Virus record (IMG/VR): IMGVR_UViG_3300032138_000002
Span: 95,484 to 159,483 of that record
DNA: 64,000 nucleotides
Source: a virus
Taxonomy: Duplodnaviria > Caudoviricetes
Direction: 5' to 3' (one strand)
Below, piece after piece: positions 39,984 to 48,681 of this stretch. Position 1 is the first letter of the stretch, and the number at the start of each line of letters is the position of its first letter. Both the position numbers and the translations under genes were made by a program. The notes beneath the pieces were generated by a model that was not told the DNA's origin, made no database searches, and worked only from the letters and a program-made list of their open reading frames with translations.

Positions 39984-40745
39984 TTAATTACTGCAATGTT
40001 CGGTACCGCTGAATTCACAAAACTTGCAAGATAAACGGTTCTTCACATATTTTTTGTTATCTACATTATACAAAAACTTTTTCATGTAGTTAAGTGATTC
40101 CGTGATTTTTTTTTCATCACTTGTAATTTCCATCAACTCGACGCGATTTTGGCCCGAAGCAATGCGTTTTAAGATACCAAAATGTACGTGAATATCATCT
40201 GGTGATAAATTATACTTTTGGGCATAGTAGTGTTTATAATACAAAAGTTGATATTTTAACACAGTATCATTTTTTTGCCAGGTACTCCAACCTCTAGTAG
40301 ATGTTTTCCAGTCAATAATGTGAATTTTATCACCGGACCTAACCACCATATCAATAAATCCTTTAAAGTTACGGGAGACAGTCGATTCTGGGATGGCCTC
40401 ATAGAGTTTTTCTTCGACTGTTAACACCTCAAAATCTCCGAAATAGTCGTCCATTCGAGCGGCCACATGCTCCAAAATCTGAGGTCCTTGACTTTTCATT
40501 TCCCGATAAAGTGCCTCGTCATATTCTTGTAGGGTGGAGGTTTCCTCCTCAAACTGCGATAGAAAGATCTCTATTAAATTATCGAGAGAGGTCTCCTGTA
40601 CCTTTTCACAGGCGGCGTGGATCGCTGTCCCAAAGCTTGTATATAAATTACCTTCAAAGACTTTGAGGCCATCCACATACAGAAGTTTATGATAAAAAGG
40701 ACACTTGGCCCAATTCTTAATTTCCGAATACGAAATATGTGACAT
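39984..40745 (-). CDS. PD-(D/E)XK Cas4/AddB-like exonuclease with Fe-S cysteines
   Basis: ISYS..CP, GTAIH, GFID, IIDWKT, QLLYY, CKFC....C. Confidence 0.85.
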   Translation of the reverse strand: MSHISYSEIKNWAKCPFYHKLLYVDGLKVFEGNLYTSFGTAIHAACEKVQETSLDNLIEIFLSQFEEETSTLQEYDEALYREMKSQGPQILEHVAARMDDYFGDFEVLTVEEKLYEAIPESTVSRNFKGFIDMVVRSGDKIHIIDWKTSTRGWSTWQKNDTVLKYQLLYYKHYYAQKYNLSPDDIHVHFGILKRIASGQNRVELMEITSDEKKITESLNYMKKFLYNVDNKKYVKNRLSCKFCEFSGTEHCSN

Positions 40746-40751
40746 CTTATT

Positions 40752-41096
40752 TTACTTTTTTTGTTTTCTAGAGCGGGACGCTTTTTTAGGCGTCTCCCCT
40801 ATCTTACCAGACTTTTGTGTGTTTGTCAAGGTTTTTTTCTCGAATATCCAGGTACCCGTGAGGGTTTCTGTAGATGTGTTTGAGACGTATCCGGGGCCCT
40901 CAACGCACGTGCCAAATTCAATATCCCGGGATGCGAGGATATCTCTTATTTGTGTAGCTTTAATGAGCACTGCATTGGGGTTTCGTTGTGGTGGAAAGTC
41001 GGGTCCGCGGGGATAACTTGGGGCCCCGTTTAGTTCCATGGTAACAGTGACCTCAATAGTCTTTTCTTGATTATTTTCTTTGATATCAATCTTCAT
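40752..41096 (-). CDS. Hypothetical protein with basic C-terminus
   Basis: 114-aa ORF coupled to the upstream gene. Confidence 0.6.
   Translation of the reverse strand: MKIDIKENNQEKTIEVTVTMELNGAPSYPRGPDFPPQRNPNAVLIKATQIRDILASRDIEFGTCVEGPGYVSNTSTETLTGTWIFEKKTLTNTQKSGKIGETPKKASRSRKQKK
40801..40829 (-). promoter_or_regulatory. Near-consensus sigma70 promoter embedded in a coding sequence
   Basis: Minus strand TTGACA (40829-40824), 17-nt spacer ending in TGg, TAAGAT (40806-40801); 55 nt upstream of the nuclease start. Confidence 0.7.
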
Positions 41097-41766
41097 TTTC
41101 TATTAATTCCTTTAGACGATTATACAATATTGGACTAACATCTTTAAGGTTTTTTTCATTGCCCAATATATATTCTTCGAATCCTTTTGCAAAGTATTCC
41201 CGCAGAGAGGTGATTGCGTAAGGCGATATAAATAGATTGTAAGTTAAAGTTAAGAGTACCGGATACCCTACAACGGTATATAAAAACATATCAAAATCCT
41301 GGTCATATTCTGGATCTAAGAAATATTTCGCCGGAATTTTAAAGTCGCGGTCGGTTAATATCTCGTAAAGCTTTTTGCGCTTTTCGATAAATTCATTCTC
41401 TAGCTGCATGTCAGCATACAGGTCTTGCGCAAAATATTCTTCAGCACAATGAGCGAATTCGTGAATCAGATCATCAATCAGATCTTCGGTAGACGATTGA
41501 GCGTTAGTTATATAAACGGTGCCGTCTTTGTAAAGAGCGTTTATTTGTCTTTCTTCAAACTCCGGAGTATGTCCGATGATAATCATCTCTAGATCGCGTA
41601 TTAGACGTCGAGGAACTGCCTCCTGCGCCTTTTTCAGCGCGCGGGGGACATTGATATTACTGGGTAACATGTCCTTAAGATAAACTGGAATATTGCCATA
41701 AATATAATAATATTCTTTTTTTGCCTTTTTTGATTTCTCGACAATATATGTTTTGATATCGCTCAT
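41086..41766 (-). CDS. Putative zinc metallopeptidase (HExxH)
   Basis: LIHEFAH and downstream EYFAKGFEEY, resembling ATLF-like zincins. Confidence 0.55.
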   Translation of the reverse strand: MSDIKTYIVEKSKKAKKEYYYIYGNIPVYLKDMLPSNINVPRALKKAQEAVPRRLIRDLEMIIIGHTPEFEERQINALYKDGTVYITNAQSSTEDLIDDLIHEFAHCAEEYFAQDLYADMQLENEFIEKRKKLYEILTDRDFKIPAKYFLDPEYDQDFDMFLYTVVGYPVLLTLTYNLFISPYAITSLREYFAKGFEEYILGNEKNLKDVSPILYNRLKELIENED

Positions 41767-42044
41767 TTATTCTGATTGAATTCCACCAAAGTTTGTCCCA
41801 CTTCGACGTCAGCCAAAGCCTGCTCATATCCGCGGATATAGTTTTCTTCAGCGATGACCATTAAGAATTCAGGGAATTCTGTTGCCAGTGTCTCAACAAT
41901 CATCTCGACGGTAACAGTATCATCTTTGGCTTTCTGTTTGGTTCCTACATAATTCACAAGCCATGTCTTTAGCTCATTTTCTTGAACAACAATCTTTTTA
42001 AGATCGGGGTTATCTTGATTTTTATCATTAAATTCAATTTCCAT
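41763..42044 (-). CDS. Hypothetical phage protein
   Basis: 93 aa with SD GAGGT; EFPEFLMVIAEENYIRGYEQAL. Confidence 0.7.
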   Translation of the reverse strand: MEIEFNDKNQDNPDLKKIVVQENELKTWLVNYVGTKQKAKDDTVTVEMIVETLATEFPEFLMVIAEENYIRGYEQALADVEVGQTLVEFNQNK

Positions 42045-42101
42045 TTTTTAGACCTCTTTTAAGTAATTAGGCTCAACGATCGACGAAATTCTGGATTAAT
42101 T

Positions 42102-43415
42102 TTATAAAATTTCCGCTGAGATTGTGGCGACTTTTGAACGTTCGCCTTTTTTAAGTGTTATATGCCCTGCGATATCTTGATTCTTAAAATTTTCAACAAC
42201 ATATGTTAAACCATTTGTTGTCTCGTTCACATACACATTGTCGATTTGTTCGATATCGCCGGTGAAAACTATCTTGGTTCCTTCACCAACTCTTGTAAGT
42301 ATAGTCTTTATTTCATGTTTTGTTAACTGTTGCGCTTCATCAATAATAATAAAGGCATTGGAGATAGAGCGGCCGCGAATATAAGTCAACGCCTCAATTT
42401 CAATTACTCCGTCGTCCATATATAAATCCATATTGCGTTTATCGCCCATTAAAAACTCTAAATTATCTTTGATTGGGGACAGCCATGGCATCATTTTCTC
42501 TTCTAGTGTCCCGGGTAAAAATCCGATATCTTTTCCCATGGGTTGAACCGGGCGGGAGACAATTACTCTTTTATATGGCACGTCGTCTCTCGTATGTTCT
42601 AGCGTCTGTTCTAAGCCGGCGGCGATGGCACAGAGTGTTTTGCCGGAGCCCGCACGCCCTATTAGCGTCACCACGGGGATATCTTTATCCATCAATAGCT
42701 GAAGTGCAAAGGTTTGCTCCTTATTTCGGGGTCGAATACCCCACACTCTCTCATGTTTAAACAATTTTGTTAGAGGCATATTATAACATTTAAAGCGGGC
42801 TAAGGCCGTTTTTTTCTCATTAGCGTTTGATACCAGCATTACCATTTCATTGGGGAATAACTCAATCTCTTTTTGATCGGCATAAACCTCATCCCCGCTA
42901 TAGAATTGATCGATAGTTTCGTCATCCACCAAGTAAGTATCGAACCCTTTATAAAGATAATCTCTATTCTTTACCACTTCCCCTTCGATGTAATCACATG
43001 CATTAATTCCTATAGAATCACACTTGATCCGCATATTTATGTCCCGAGATATTACGGTAACGGTTCCATCGGGATTTTTCTGTTGAGTGTCTAACGCTAC
43101 GCTAATTATCTCGTTATCAGCCTCGGCCTTTTCAAAACTTTCGCTTAAGAGTTCCAAACGGCCAGTCTGAACTCGAACTATACCCTTATCCGGACCCAGA
43201 GATACACCGTCTTTCAAGTTGCCTTTTCCGCGGAGTTCGTCGAGTGCTCGAATAGTCTCTCTAGCGTTAATTCCTACACTGTCTTGGCGTTTTTTGTGTT
43301 TATCGATCTCTTCGAGTACTTTGAATGGTACAATGATGTCCGCATCACCATAGGCGAAAAGGGAAGAGGCATCAGTTAGAAAAACACTGGTGTCTAAAAC
43401 ATAAAATTTTGACAT
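42102..43415 (-). CDS. phoH: PIN-PhoH protein (PhoH2/YlaK type)
   Basis: N-terminal PIN YVLDTSV, EEID, SRDINMRIK; GRAGSGKT, GFLPG, YIRGRS, IIDEAQ, TGD..QID. Confidence 0.92.
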   Translation of the reverse strand: MSKFYVLDTSVFLTDASSLFAYGDADIIVPFKVLEEIDKHKKRQDSVGINARETIRALDELRGKGNLKDGVSLGPDKGIVRVQTGRLELLSESFEKAEADNEIISVALDTQQKNPDGTVTVISRDINMRIKCDSIGINACDYIEGEVVKNRDYLYKGFDTYLVDDETIDQFYSGDEVYADQKEIELFPNEMVMLVSNANEKKTALARFKCYNMPLTKLFKHERVWGIRPRNKEQTFALQLLMDKDIPVVTLIGRAGSGKTLCAIAAGLEQTLEHTRDDVPYKRVIVSRPVQPMGKDIGFLPGTLEEKMMPWLSPIKDNLEFLMGDKRNMDLYMDDGVIEIEALTYIRGRSISNAFIIIDEAQQLTKHEIKTILTRVGEGTKIVFTGDIEQIDNVYVNETTNGLTYVVENFKNQDIAGHITLKKGERSKVATISAEIL

Positions 43416-43427
43416 TACCCATCCATA

Positions 43428-43724
43428 TTAAGGTGTGACTACAACATCCGGGCCGATAATAAGAATATCATCTGCCCGATTAGGTTCGTCGAATAAAAAA
43501 TAGCTATCCAGAGTATAAGTCCTCTCGATTCCACGACTGTTTCGACTAAAAAATATAAGATTGTTGTCAATTTCAGTATTAAACGTTCCCGGGTCCGTAG
43601 CACTGGGGGCGTTTTCAACTATTGGAAAAGAAGTCTTTGTTTTTACAGAAGAATTTGAGGAGGCCCCCAAACATCCAATTAAAACTGCGGTGGCGGAGAC
43701 GCTTGCGATATTAAAGCTTTTCAT
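43428..43724 (-). CDS. Putative small lipoprotein
   Basis: SD AGGTG; signal-like N-terminus with lipobox-like LIGC. Confidence 0.55.
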   Translation of the reverse strand: MKSFNIASVSATAVLIGCLGASSNSSVKTKTSFPIVENAPSATDPGTFNTEIDNNLIFFSRNSRGIERTYTLDSYFLFDEPNRADDILIIGPDVVVTP

Positions 43725-43800
43725 ATGTTTTTCACCTATGAGTTATAATCTATATAGTTTTTTACTCGCTTTAAGCTCTAGTTATTTTAGGGGCACACAT

Positions 43801-44565
43801 ATGTATTATACCAAATCACTATTACTTTTTTTCGTTTCTTTTCTTTTTATTTCTTGCGCGAGTGTATCATGTGGAGAAGTTAACACTCGACCGAATACAT
43901 TAGACTTCTCACATACGCACGAATTACCGCGTAAATCTTTCTTAAAAATCAACAAGAATATTAATTTTAAAATATGTATGGATGAGACAAAACCGGAAGA
44001 TTGTATGAAACAACGCATGCGCTCTACGGGCTCAGGATTTATTATTGGGAATGCCCCCGGGGGTGCATTTATAATGACGGCTGCGCACGTATGTGACGTT
44101 GCTGATTTAGTAGAACAGTTCACGGCGGATCCAAAAATTACTTTTTTAGGCGAAAATACCATGGTCGAAGACGTGCGTGGACAAACGTTTTCCGCGGTAG
44201 TGCTAGAAATGGATAAAGCGGCCGATTTGTGTGTAGCCTTTGTGCACGGACTTCAAAGTCCGCCTGTTGATATCGCTTATAACGGGCCTAGGCCAGGAGA
44301 TCAAGCTCATAATTTGGCGGCGCCGGTTGGATTTATGGCCAAAGGCCTCATTCCCACACTGCATGGGAATTATAACGGCCGGTATGGGAGGTACGCCTCA
44401 TATTCTATTCCCGCGGTTGGTGGATCCTCCGGAAGCCCTATCTTTGATGCGAATGGTAAAGTCATTGGGATGATCCACTCGGTACATACAAGGTTCCAAT
44501 TTTTGACCTTTTCACCAACACACAAAGAAATATATAGTTTAGCTGCTAAGTATACTCGTTTATAG
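43801..44565 (+). CDS. Trypsin-like (S1) serine protease, probable lipoprotein
   Basis: TGSGF, TAAHVC (His), DLC (Asp), GGSSGSP (Ser). True start most likely 43801 (MYYTKSLLLFFVSFLFISC); the track's extension overlaps the opposite-strand gene. Confidence 0.85.
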   Translation: MYYTKSLLLFFVSFLFISCASVSCGEVNTRPNTLDFSHTHELPRKSFLKINKNINFKICMDETKPEDCMKQRMRSTGSGFIIGNAPGGAFIMTAAHVCDVADLVEQFTADPKITFLGENTMVEDVRGQTFSAVVLEMDKAADLCVAFVHGLQSPPVDIAYNGPRPGDQAHNLAAPVGFMAKGLIPTLHGNYNGRYGRYASYSIPAVGGSSGSPIFDANGKVIGMIHSVHTRFQFLTFSPTHKEIYSLAAKYTRL

Positions 44566-44634
44566 ACATACAAGCGCGACAGCTAGGCACAAAGAAACAA
44601 GAACATTTTGAAATAGTGGGTGTCGATCAAGCAT
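44560..44634 (-). CDS. Small hydrophobic peptide, 24 aa (MLDRHPLFQNVLVSLCLAVALVCL)
   Basis: Strong SD AAGGAG 7 nt before the ATG, plus an upstream CTATATA motif; below the ORF-track cutoff. Confidence 0.45.
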   Translation of the reverse strand: MLDRHPLFQNVLVSLCLAVALVCL

Positions 44635-44674
44635 AATATACTCCTTTTTTAAGCAGTATATAGGTCCTTCAACT

Positions 44675-44902
44675 TTATTCAGCGCCATTTTCTTTTTTAT
44701 CCCACGGATACTTCGTATATCCGTCTTTATGCCACCCTTGTCCTTTTAGTCGAAAGGAATTTCGTGACATAACTTTTTTTAGTTCACATTCGGGTGCTAT
44801 CACATCTTTAGATGTGGGACATTCCGGAAGTGGGTCGTCGATCTTTTGCAACCTTTCGAGATAACAGTCACATTTTTTACAATAGTATTCGTAGATGGGC
44901 AT
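44675..44902 (-). CDS. FmdB-family zinc-ribbon protein
   Basis: MPIYEYYCKKC...CP...C...FRLKGQGWHKDGY. Start at 44902 (TAATG overlap). Confidence 0.85.
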   Translation of the reverse strand: MPIYEYYCKKCDCYLERLQKIDDPLPECPTSKDVIAPECELKKVMSRNSFRLKGQGWHKDGYTKYPWDKKENGAE

Positions 44903-45600
44903 TAAATAATCTCGTCGACTAGACCGTAGTCTAAACATGTTTCTGCATCAAACCACAAATCGTGTTTCAGAATTTCCTTAAGTTTTTTCTTAGGGATCTT
45001 GGTACGTTCAGAATAAAAATCCTTAATCAGAGTCATAAATTGATCATTGTTCGCCATACTGTCTTTGAGTTCTTCGTATTTCCCCCACATTCCTGAAGAT
45101 AATTGATGGATCAGCATAAATGAGTTCTTTCTGATCTGGCGGTGGTGGGCGGCAATACTCATTATAGTTGCTGCGGAGGCCGCACAACCCTCCACAATGC
45201 TCACAACGGGGACGTCGGAGGCCTCAATATAATCTACCGCAGAAAGGCCCGCAAATACGCTTCCACCGAAACTATTAATGTGTAAGTGAATTGATCCGGG
45301 TTCTGATAGATTCAAAAGATTGGACTGATTAACCAAATTTTTGCTTAAATCCGCTAGATTTTTGTTTAATGTCAATATTTTGGGTCTGACTACCTCTGAA
45401 TAGAAATATATGGAATTATTTTTGACTTCCACCATATTATCGTCATCTTTGCCGGCCGCAGGCGCGCCGCTAAGCATCGATAAGAGACCCGCCAAATCTT
45501 CTTTTGTCTGTTCATTTTCAGACTTTTGTTTTGTTCCTTTGCCGCCTAGCCAATAAATGTCTTTCATAGTGAAATTACTCCGTTGTATATTATCATGCAT
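44902..45600 (-). CDS. clpP: ClpP-family protease
   Basis: HINSFGGSV, AASAAT (Ser), LIHQ (His), DLWFDAE..LDYGLVDEI. Likely start about 45567. Confidence 0.85.
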   Translation of the reverse strand: MHDNIQRSNFTMKDIYWLGGKGTKQKSENEQTKEDLAGLLSMLSGAPAAGKDDDNMVEVKNNSIYFYSEVVRPKILTLNKNLADLSKNLVNQSNLLNLSEPGSIHLHINSFGGSVFAGLSAVDYIEASDVPVVSIVEGCAASAATIMSIAAHHRQIRKNSFMLIHQLSSGMWGKYEELKDSMANNDQFMTLIKDFYSERTKIPKKKLKEILKHDLWFDAETCLDYGLVDEII

Positions 45601-45833
45601 GTATAAGCAACGCCGATCAGGGCGTACGCAATTGCAAAAAACATGGCACGTCGGTCATGGTTTTCAGGGTGCCTGCTTTTCCATACACTAAATTTGAAAA
45701 ATGCTATCAAGAAACAATTGAGCGTGATCAGAAGCAAAAAACCTTGTATGAGCGCTATCATCAAAACGAATGTTAACGTTAGTGTACATATAGCGTCTTG
45801 CAGCGGGGTGATTATTTTCTTTTCTTCGCTCAT
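45564..45833 (-). CDS. Small membrane protein
   Basis: Two hydrophobic segments; preceded by TGaTACTAT (extended -10) at 45855-45847. Confidence 0.6.
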   Translation of the reverse strand: MSEEKKIITPLQDAICTLTLTFVLMIALIQGFLLLITLNCFLIAFFKFSVWKSRHPENHDRRAMFFAIAYALIGVAYTCMIIYNGVISL

Positions 45834-45906
45834 TTAATTATTATTCATAGTATCATATTCAAAGTCAGATTTTAATAGGGAATTCGCTTAAGTCTTCTTA
45901 ACTCTA

Positions 45907-45915
45907 TGTTATAAT
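45907..45915 (+). promoter_or_regulatory. Extended -10 promoter (TGtTATAAT), probably leaderless
   Basis: TATAAT at 45910-45915; ATG at 45922. Confidence 0.6.
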
Positions 45916-45921
45916 AGATAT

Positions 45922-46944
45922 ATGATTATTAAAATTTTATCTCTTTGTGCTGCTCTTTTAGCTCCTGAATCTACAGGGCTTGACCCTCATGGCCGTGCCC
46001 TGCATTTGCCCCTCAAATCGGATTTTAACACATCCTATGGAGCTTGCATCGCCACTGTGAAGCAAGCGCGGAGGCTTAAGGTAGATCCATTCGTTATGGC
46101 GGCGTTAATGTATCGTACCACCCAATTTTCACCAAAAGTGGCCGGCCAATCACGGCTAGCCATCACTATCCGGAAGCAATACGGGTGCAGTGGCGGGGGT
46201 CAATTTGTGAAAAGCTCTTGCAGTGCGTTTATGCTAGCGCCACAATATCTACGTAGCTTATTAGACCGAACAATCAGCGAAAGTGAACGGGGTACCGATC
46301 GTATTGCAGATTACCGCGTAGGATTGTGCGAATTCCTAAACGGAGGTGACCGATGCACCCGGAGATCGCAAAAAGAAGCTAAAATTATAGAAAACATGGC
46401 TTTTCGGTTTATGAACGTATATGGCCGGATCCACACCAGCTTTACTTGGGTTTCTCCCTTTAAGCCGCGGCGCACACAACAAGAGATCGATCGGGATATT
46501 GATCAGCGCGAAAGACAATTAGACCGCCAATATTATGGGGGACCTCCCAATCTCAATAATATGATATATGGGCTCGGCTATCAACCTCGGGCCGGAAATT
46601 CTACCCAAAGCCCGGTTACCGCGAGGAGGGCTCAAAAAGATTTAAAACTCATTGCAGAATTAATGGGCCCGCGTATTAAAGTGGAAATATCTGAAGCTAG
46701 TCGACGTACGGTTAATTTTTATGTACACGTGACCCTGGAACAATATATGAAAGATATTTTGCGGCACGTTAAATCGAACACCTCTAGAATATATGAAAAT
46801 CATTATCAGGCGGCGGACTTAAAAGAATATGAGAATGGCGTGTACAAGTTAGTACTAAAATCTCGAAGATATAATTTAGGCCCTATAATTCTCACATTTT
46901 CTCCGGGTCAGAACGTATATCAAGTCATGATCCTTCGTCGATAG
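45922..46944 (+). CDS. Secreted protein with a possibly degenerate lytic-transglycosylase-like segment
   Basis: Signal-like N-terminus; VDPFVMAALMYRTTQFSPK resembles the SLT motif DP....A....ES.F.P without the Glu. Confidence 0.45.
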   Translation: MIIKILSLCAALLAPESTGLDPHGRALHLPLKSDFNTSYGACIATVKQARRLKVDPFVMAALMYRTTQFSPKVAGQSRLAITIRKQYGCSGGGQFVKSSCSAFMLAPQYLRSLLDRTISESERGTDRIADYRVGLCEFLNGGDRCTRRSQKEAKIIENMAFRFMNVYGRIHTSFTWVSPFKPRRTQQEIDRDIDQRERQLDRQYYGGPPNLNNMIYGLGYQPRAGNSTQSPVTARRAQKDLKLIAELMGPRIKVEISEASRRTVNFYVHVTLEQYMKDILRHVKSNTSRIYENHYQAADLKEYENGVYKLVLKSRRYNLGPIILTFSPGQNVYQVMILRR

Positions 46945-46973
46945 TTAACAAAAAGCTAAATATGTGATATAGT
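46945..46973 (+). promoter_or_regulatory. sigma70-type promoter upstream of the Fis-like gene
   Basis: TTAACA, 17-nt spacer ending in TGa, TATAGT. Confidence 0.55.
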
Positions 46974-46997
46974 ACTAATGAAATATTAGTTAAATAT

Positions 46998-47336
46998 ATG
47001 AATAATAATAAGAAATATTACTCTTTAGATAATAAATTAAGAAAAGAAAATAAAACTAATGAAGACTTTATGTTGATCTTAGATCGTTTAACTTTGGAAG
47101 AAGTTATTGGCTTAAAATTAGAATCAGCATGTAAAATAGTCAATGGTAAATTATATGGTATACCTCTGTGGAAGTCCCTTAAGACTATAGTCAATGACGC
47201 GATATTAATGTATGCATACTCAGCCTCTAAAACCAAATCCGACGCTGCTAGATTTTTAGGTATTAACCTTTCTCAATATAATTACTTACTTAAAAGATAT
47301 CAGACAAAATCGTATTTTGAAGATGATGGGAACTAA
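46998..47336 (+). CDS. Fis-like helix-turn-helix DNA-binding protein
   Basis: C-terminal KTKSDAARFLGINLSQYNYLLKRY (Fis/HTH_8 pattern). Confidence 0.7.
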   Translation: MNNNKKYYSLDNKLRKENKTNEDFMLILDRLTLEEVIGLKLESACKIVNGKLYGIPLWKSLKTIVNDAILMYAYSASKTKSDAARFLGINLSQYNYLLKRYQTKSYFEDDGN

Positions 47337-47381
47337 TATATTAATACAATTACGAATTGGTGCCCCACCGGGTGGAATTCC

Positions 47382-47420
47382 GCTGGAAGGTGGTTGGACT
47401 TTCAGCACTTTTACTTTTTT
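47382..47420 (+). terminator. Possible intrinsic terminator or structured RNA
   Basis: GCTGGAAG, 9-nt loop, CTTTCAGC stem followed by ACTTTTACTTTTTT. Confidence 0.4.
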
Positions 47421-47441
47421 AAAAGTTTGTGGAGCGTATAA

Positions 47442-47714
47442 ATGAAACATCAAAAACTATTTGAAGCTGCTATATCTAGATTTAAAGCTGATCGTGATCA
47501 AGCTGCAGCCCAATTAGATCTTTTTCTTAATAATTCCGTGGCAGTGGGTGAACATCCCAATATTGTGGATGATATTATTATTTTAACTAAACAATTAACA
47601 GAGGCGGAGGACAATTTAAATACTTTGCGCGCATTTAGTCATTATGACGAAAGGAGAAACCGTAATCATGACAGAGACCGATCAAACAAAAACAACAACG
47701 ACCCCCGAGACTAA
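47442..47714 (+). CDS. Hypothetical phage protein
   Basis: SD GGAG; NNSVAVGEHPNIVD motif followed by a coiled-coil-like segment. Confidence 0.7.
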   Translation: MKHQKLFEAAISRFKADRDQAAAQLDLFLNNSVAVGEHPNIVDDIIILTKQLTEAEDNLNTLRAFSHYDERRNRNHDRDRSNKNNNDPRD

Positions 47715-47895
47715 AAAACAGGGGCCGGCCTGGAAGAACAGCCGGCTCTTTAATTCATTCGAAGAGGCTAACACAGAGAGGACAACGTTGAACACCAACA
47801 GTGAGCTAGAAACAAAAATTAAAAGACGAAGCGGAGGAAAGTTTGTTGTCAAAACACGCAAAAACAAAAATGTCACAACAAAAACCACCAACTGA
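47668..47895 (+). CDS. Hypothetical basic protein
   Basis: SD AAGGAG upstream of the ATG at 47668. Confidence 0.6.
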   Translation: MTETDQTKTTTTPETKKQGPAWKNSRLFNSFEEANTERTTLNTNSELETKIKRRSGGKFVVKTRKNKNVTTKTTN

Positions 47896-48208
47896 TTGGT
47901 TTGGTGAATTACAGGCCACCCCTGATCGATGGCAGGAGGCTAAGCCCAAGTTAAGCGATTCGGAAATATCGAAAGCCGCCGAAATATATAAGTCTTTTGT
48001 AGATCCCGCTAGTCAAGGGCCTTTATACCACGTCATGCGTAGAAAGTGTCACAAAGATACTTTTAATAAATGGTGGACCCTTGCGGCCGCACACAATAAA
48101 AGCCCGGTGGATCACGGCTATTCCATCGACCAATATATTCTAGATAAAAAGTTGGGCCCCGACGAATGCCCGAATGCGCCTTGTTGTTGCGGGGCATGCC
48201 CAAAATGA
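47870..48208 (+). CDS. Hypothetical protein with Cys-rich C-terminus
   Basis: Ends ECPNAPCCCGACPK; coupled ORF. Confidence 0.5.
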   Translation: MSQQKPPTDWFGELQATPDRWQEAKPKLSDSEISKAAEIYKSFVDPASQGPLYHVMRRKCHKDTFNKWWTLAAAHNKSPVDHGYSIDQYILDKKLGPDECPNAPCCCGACPK

Positions 48209-48390
48209 ATGATGTTACCAAACCTATGGAAATTGCCAGATTTCCTTCATATCAGCAGGCTTTCGCAGAGGTGCGAGAAATTCTAGAAATGTCGGCCGAC
48301 GATAAAACATTTGTAATCTTGCCTAAAATAGAAAAACAAGATGACGATTGGTATTTAGTGACTGTCGTCGTGAAGCCCAGAAAGAAATGA
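48205..48390 (+). CDS. Hypothetical protein
   Basis: ATGA overlap with the previous stop. Confidence 0.5.
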   Translation: MNDVTKPMEIARFPSYQQAFAEVREILEMSADDKTFVILPKIEKQDDDWYLVTVVVKPRKK

Positions 48391-48466
48391 ACATAACTTC
48401 CCGATCGGGCAGATCGCTAAATTTTTGTCAGACACAGCTTATTACGAAGTAAAAAACCGGTTTTTC

Positions 48467-48495
48467 TTGACTTTCAGCGCTGAGTGTGGTAGAAT
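48467..48495 (+). promoter_or_regulatory. sigma70 promoter of the tRNA gene
   Basis: TTGACT, 17-nt spacer ending in TGg, TAGAAT. Confidence 0.75.
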
Positions 48496-48501
48496 AAATA
48501 G

Positions 48502-48575
48502 ACCCTCTTAGCTCAGTAGGATAGAGCAACAGACTTCTAATCTGTAGGTCATTGGTTCAAATCCAATAGAGGGTG
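48502..48575 (+). tRNA. tRNA-Arg (anticodon UCU), CCA not encoded
   Basis: Acceptor stem ACCCTCT/AGAGGGT, D-arm GCTC/GAGC, anticodon arm ACAGA-CT TCT AA-TCTGT, T-arm ATTGG-TTCAAAT-CCAAT, discriminator G followed by CTA. Confidence 0.95.
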
Positions 48576-48600
48576 CTATTTAGAATAGAGGTCCGGATGG

Positions 48601-48681
48601 ATGACCGGTGCAGAAACAGCTTATGTGATTATGTGGTTCGGCGCCTGTGTTTATCTCAGCGTCTTCTATGAAGGAAAATGA
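48601..48681 (+). CDS. Small hydrophobic peptide, 26 aa (MTGAETAYVIMWFGACVYLSVFYEGK)
   Basis: SD GAGGT; ATGA-coupled to the next small ORF. Confidence 0.4.
   Translation: MTGAETAYVIMWFGACVYLSVFYEGK

Noticed and set aside
39984-40745. Cas4-like gene as part of a CRISPR-Cas system
   Set aside because: No cas1/cas2, effector gene or array is visible in the window.
43561-43800. 80-aa N-terminal extension of the trypsin-like protease
   Set aside because: It overlaps the opposite-strand 43428-43724 gene; a signal peptide begins at the ATG at 43801.
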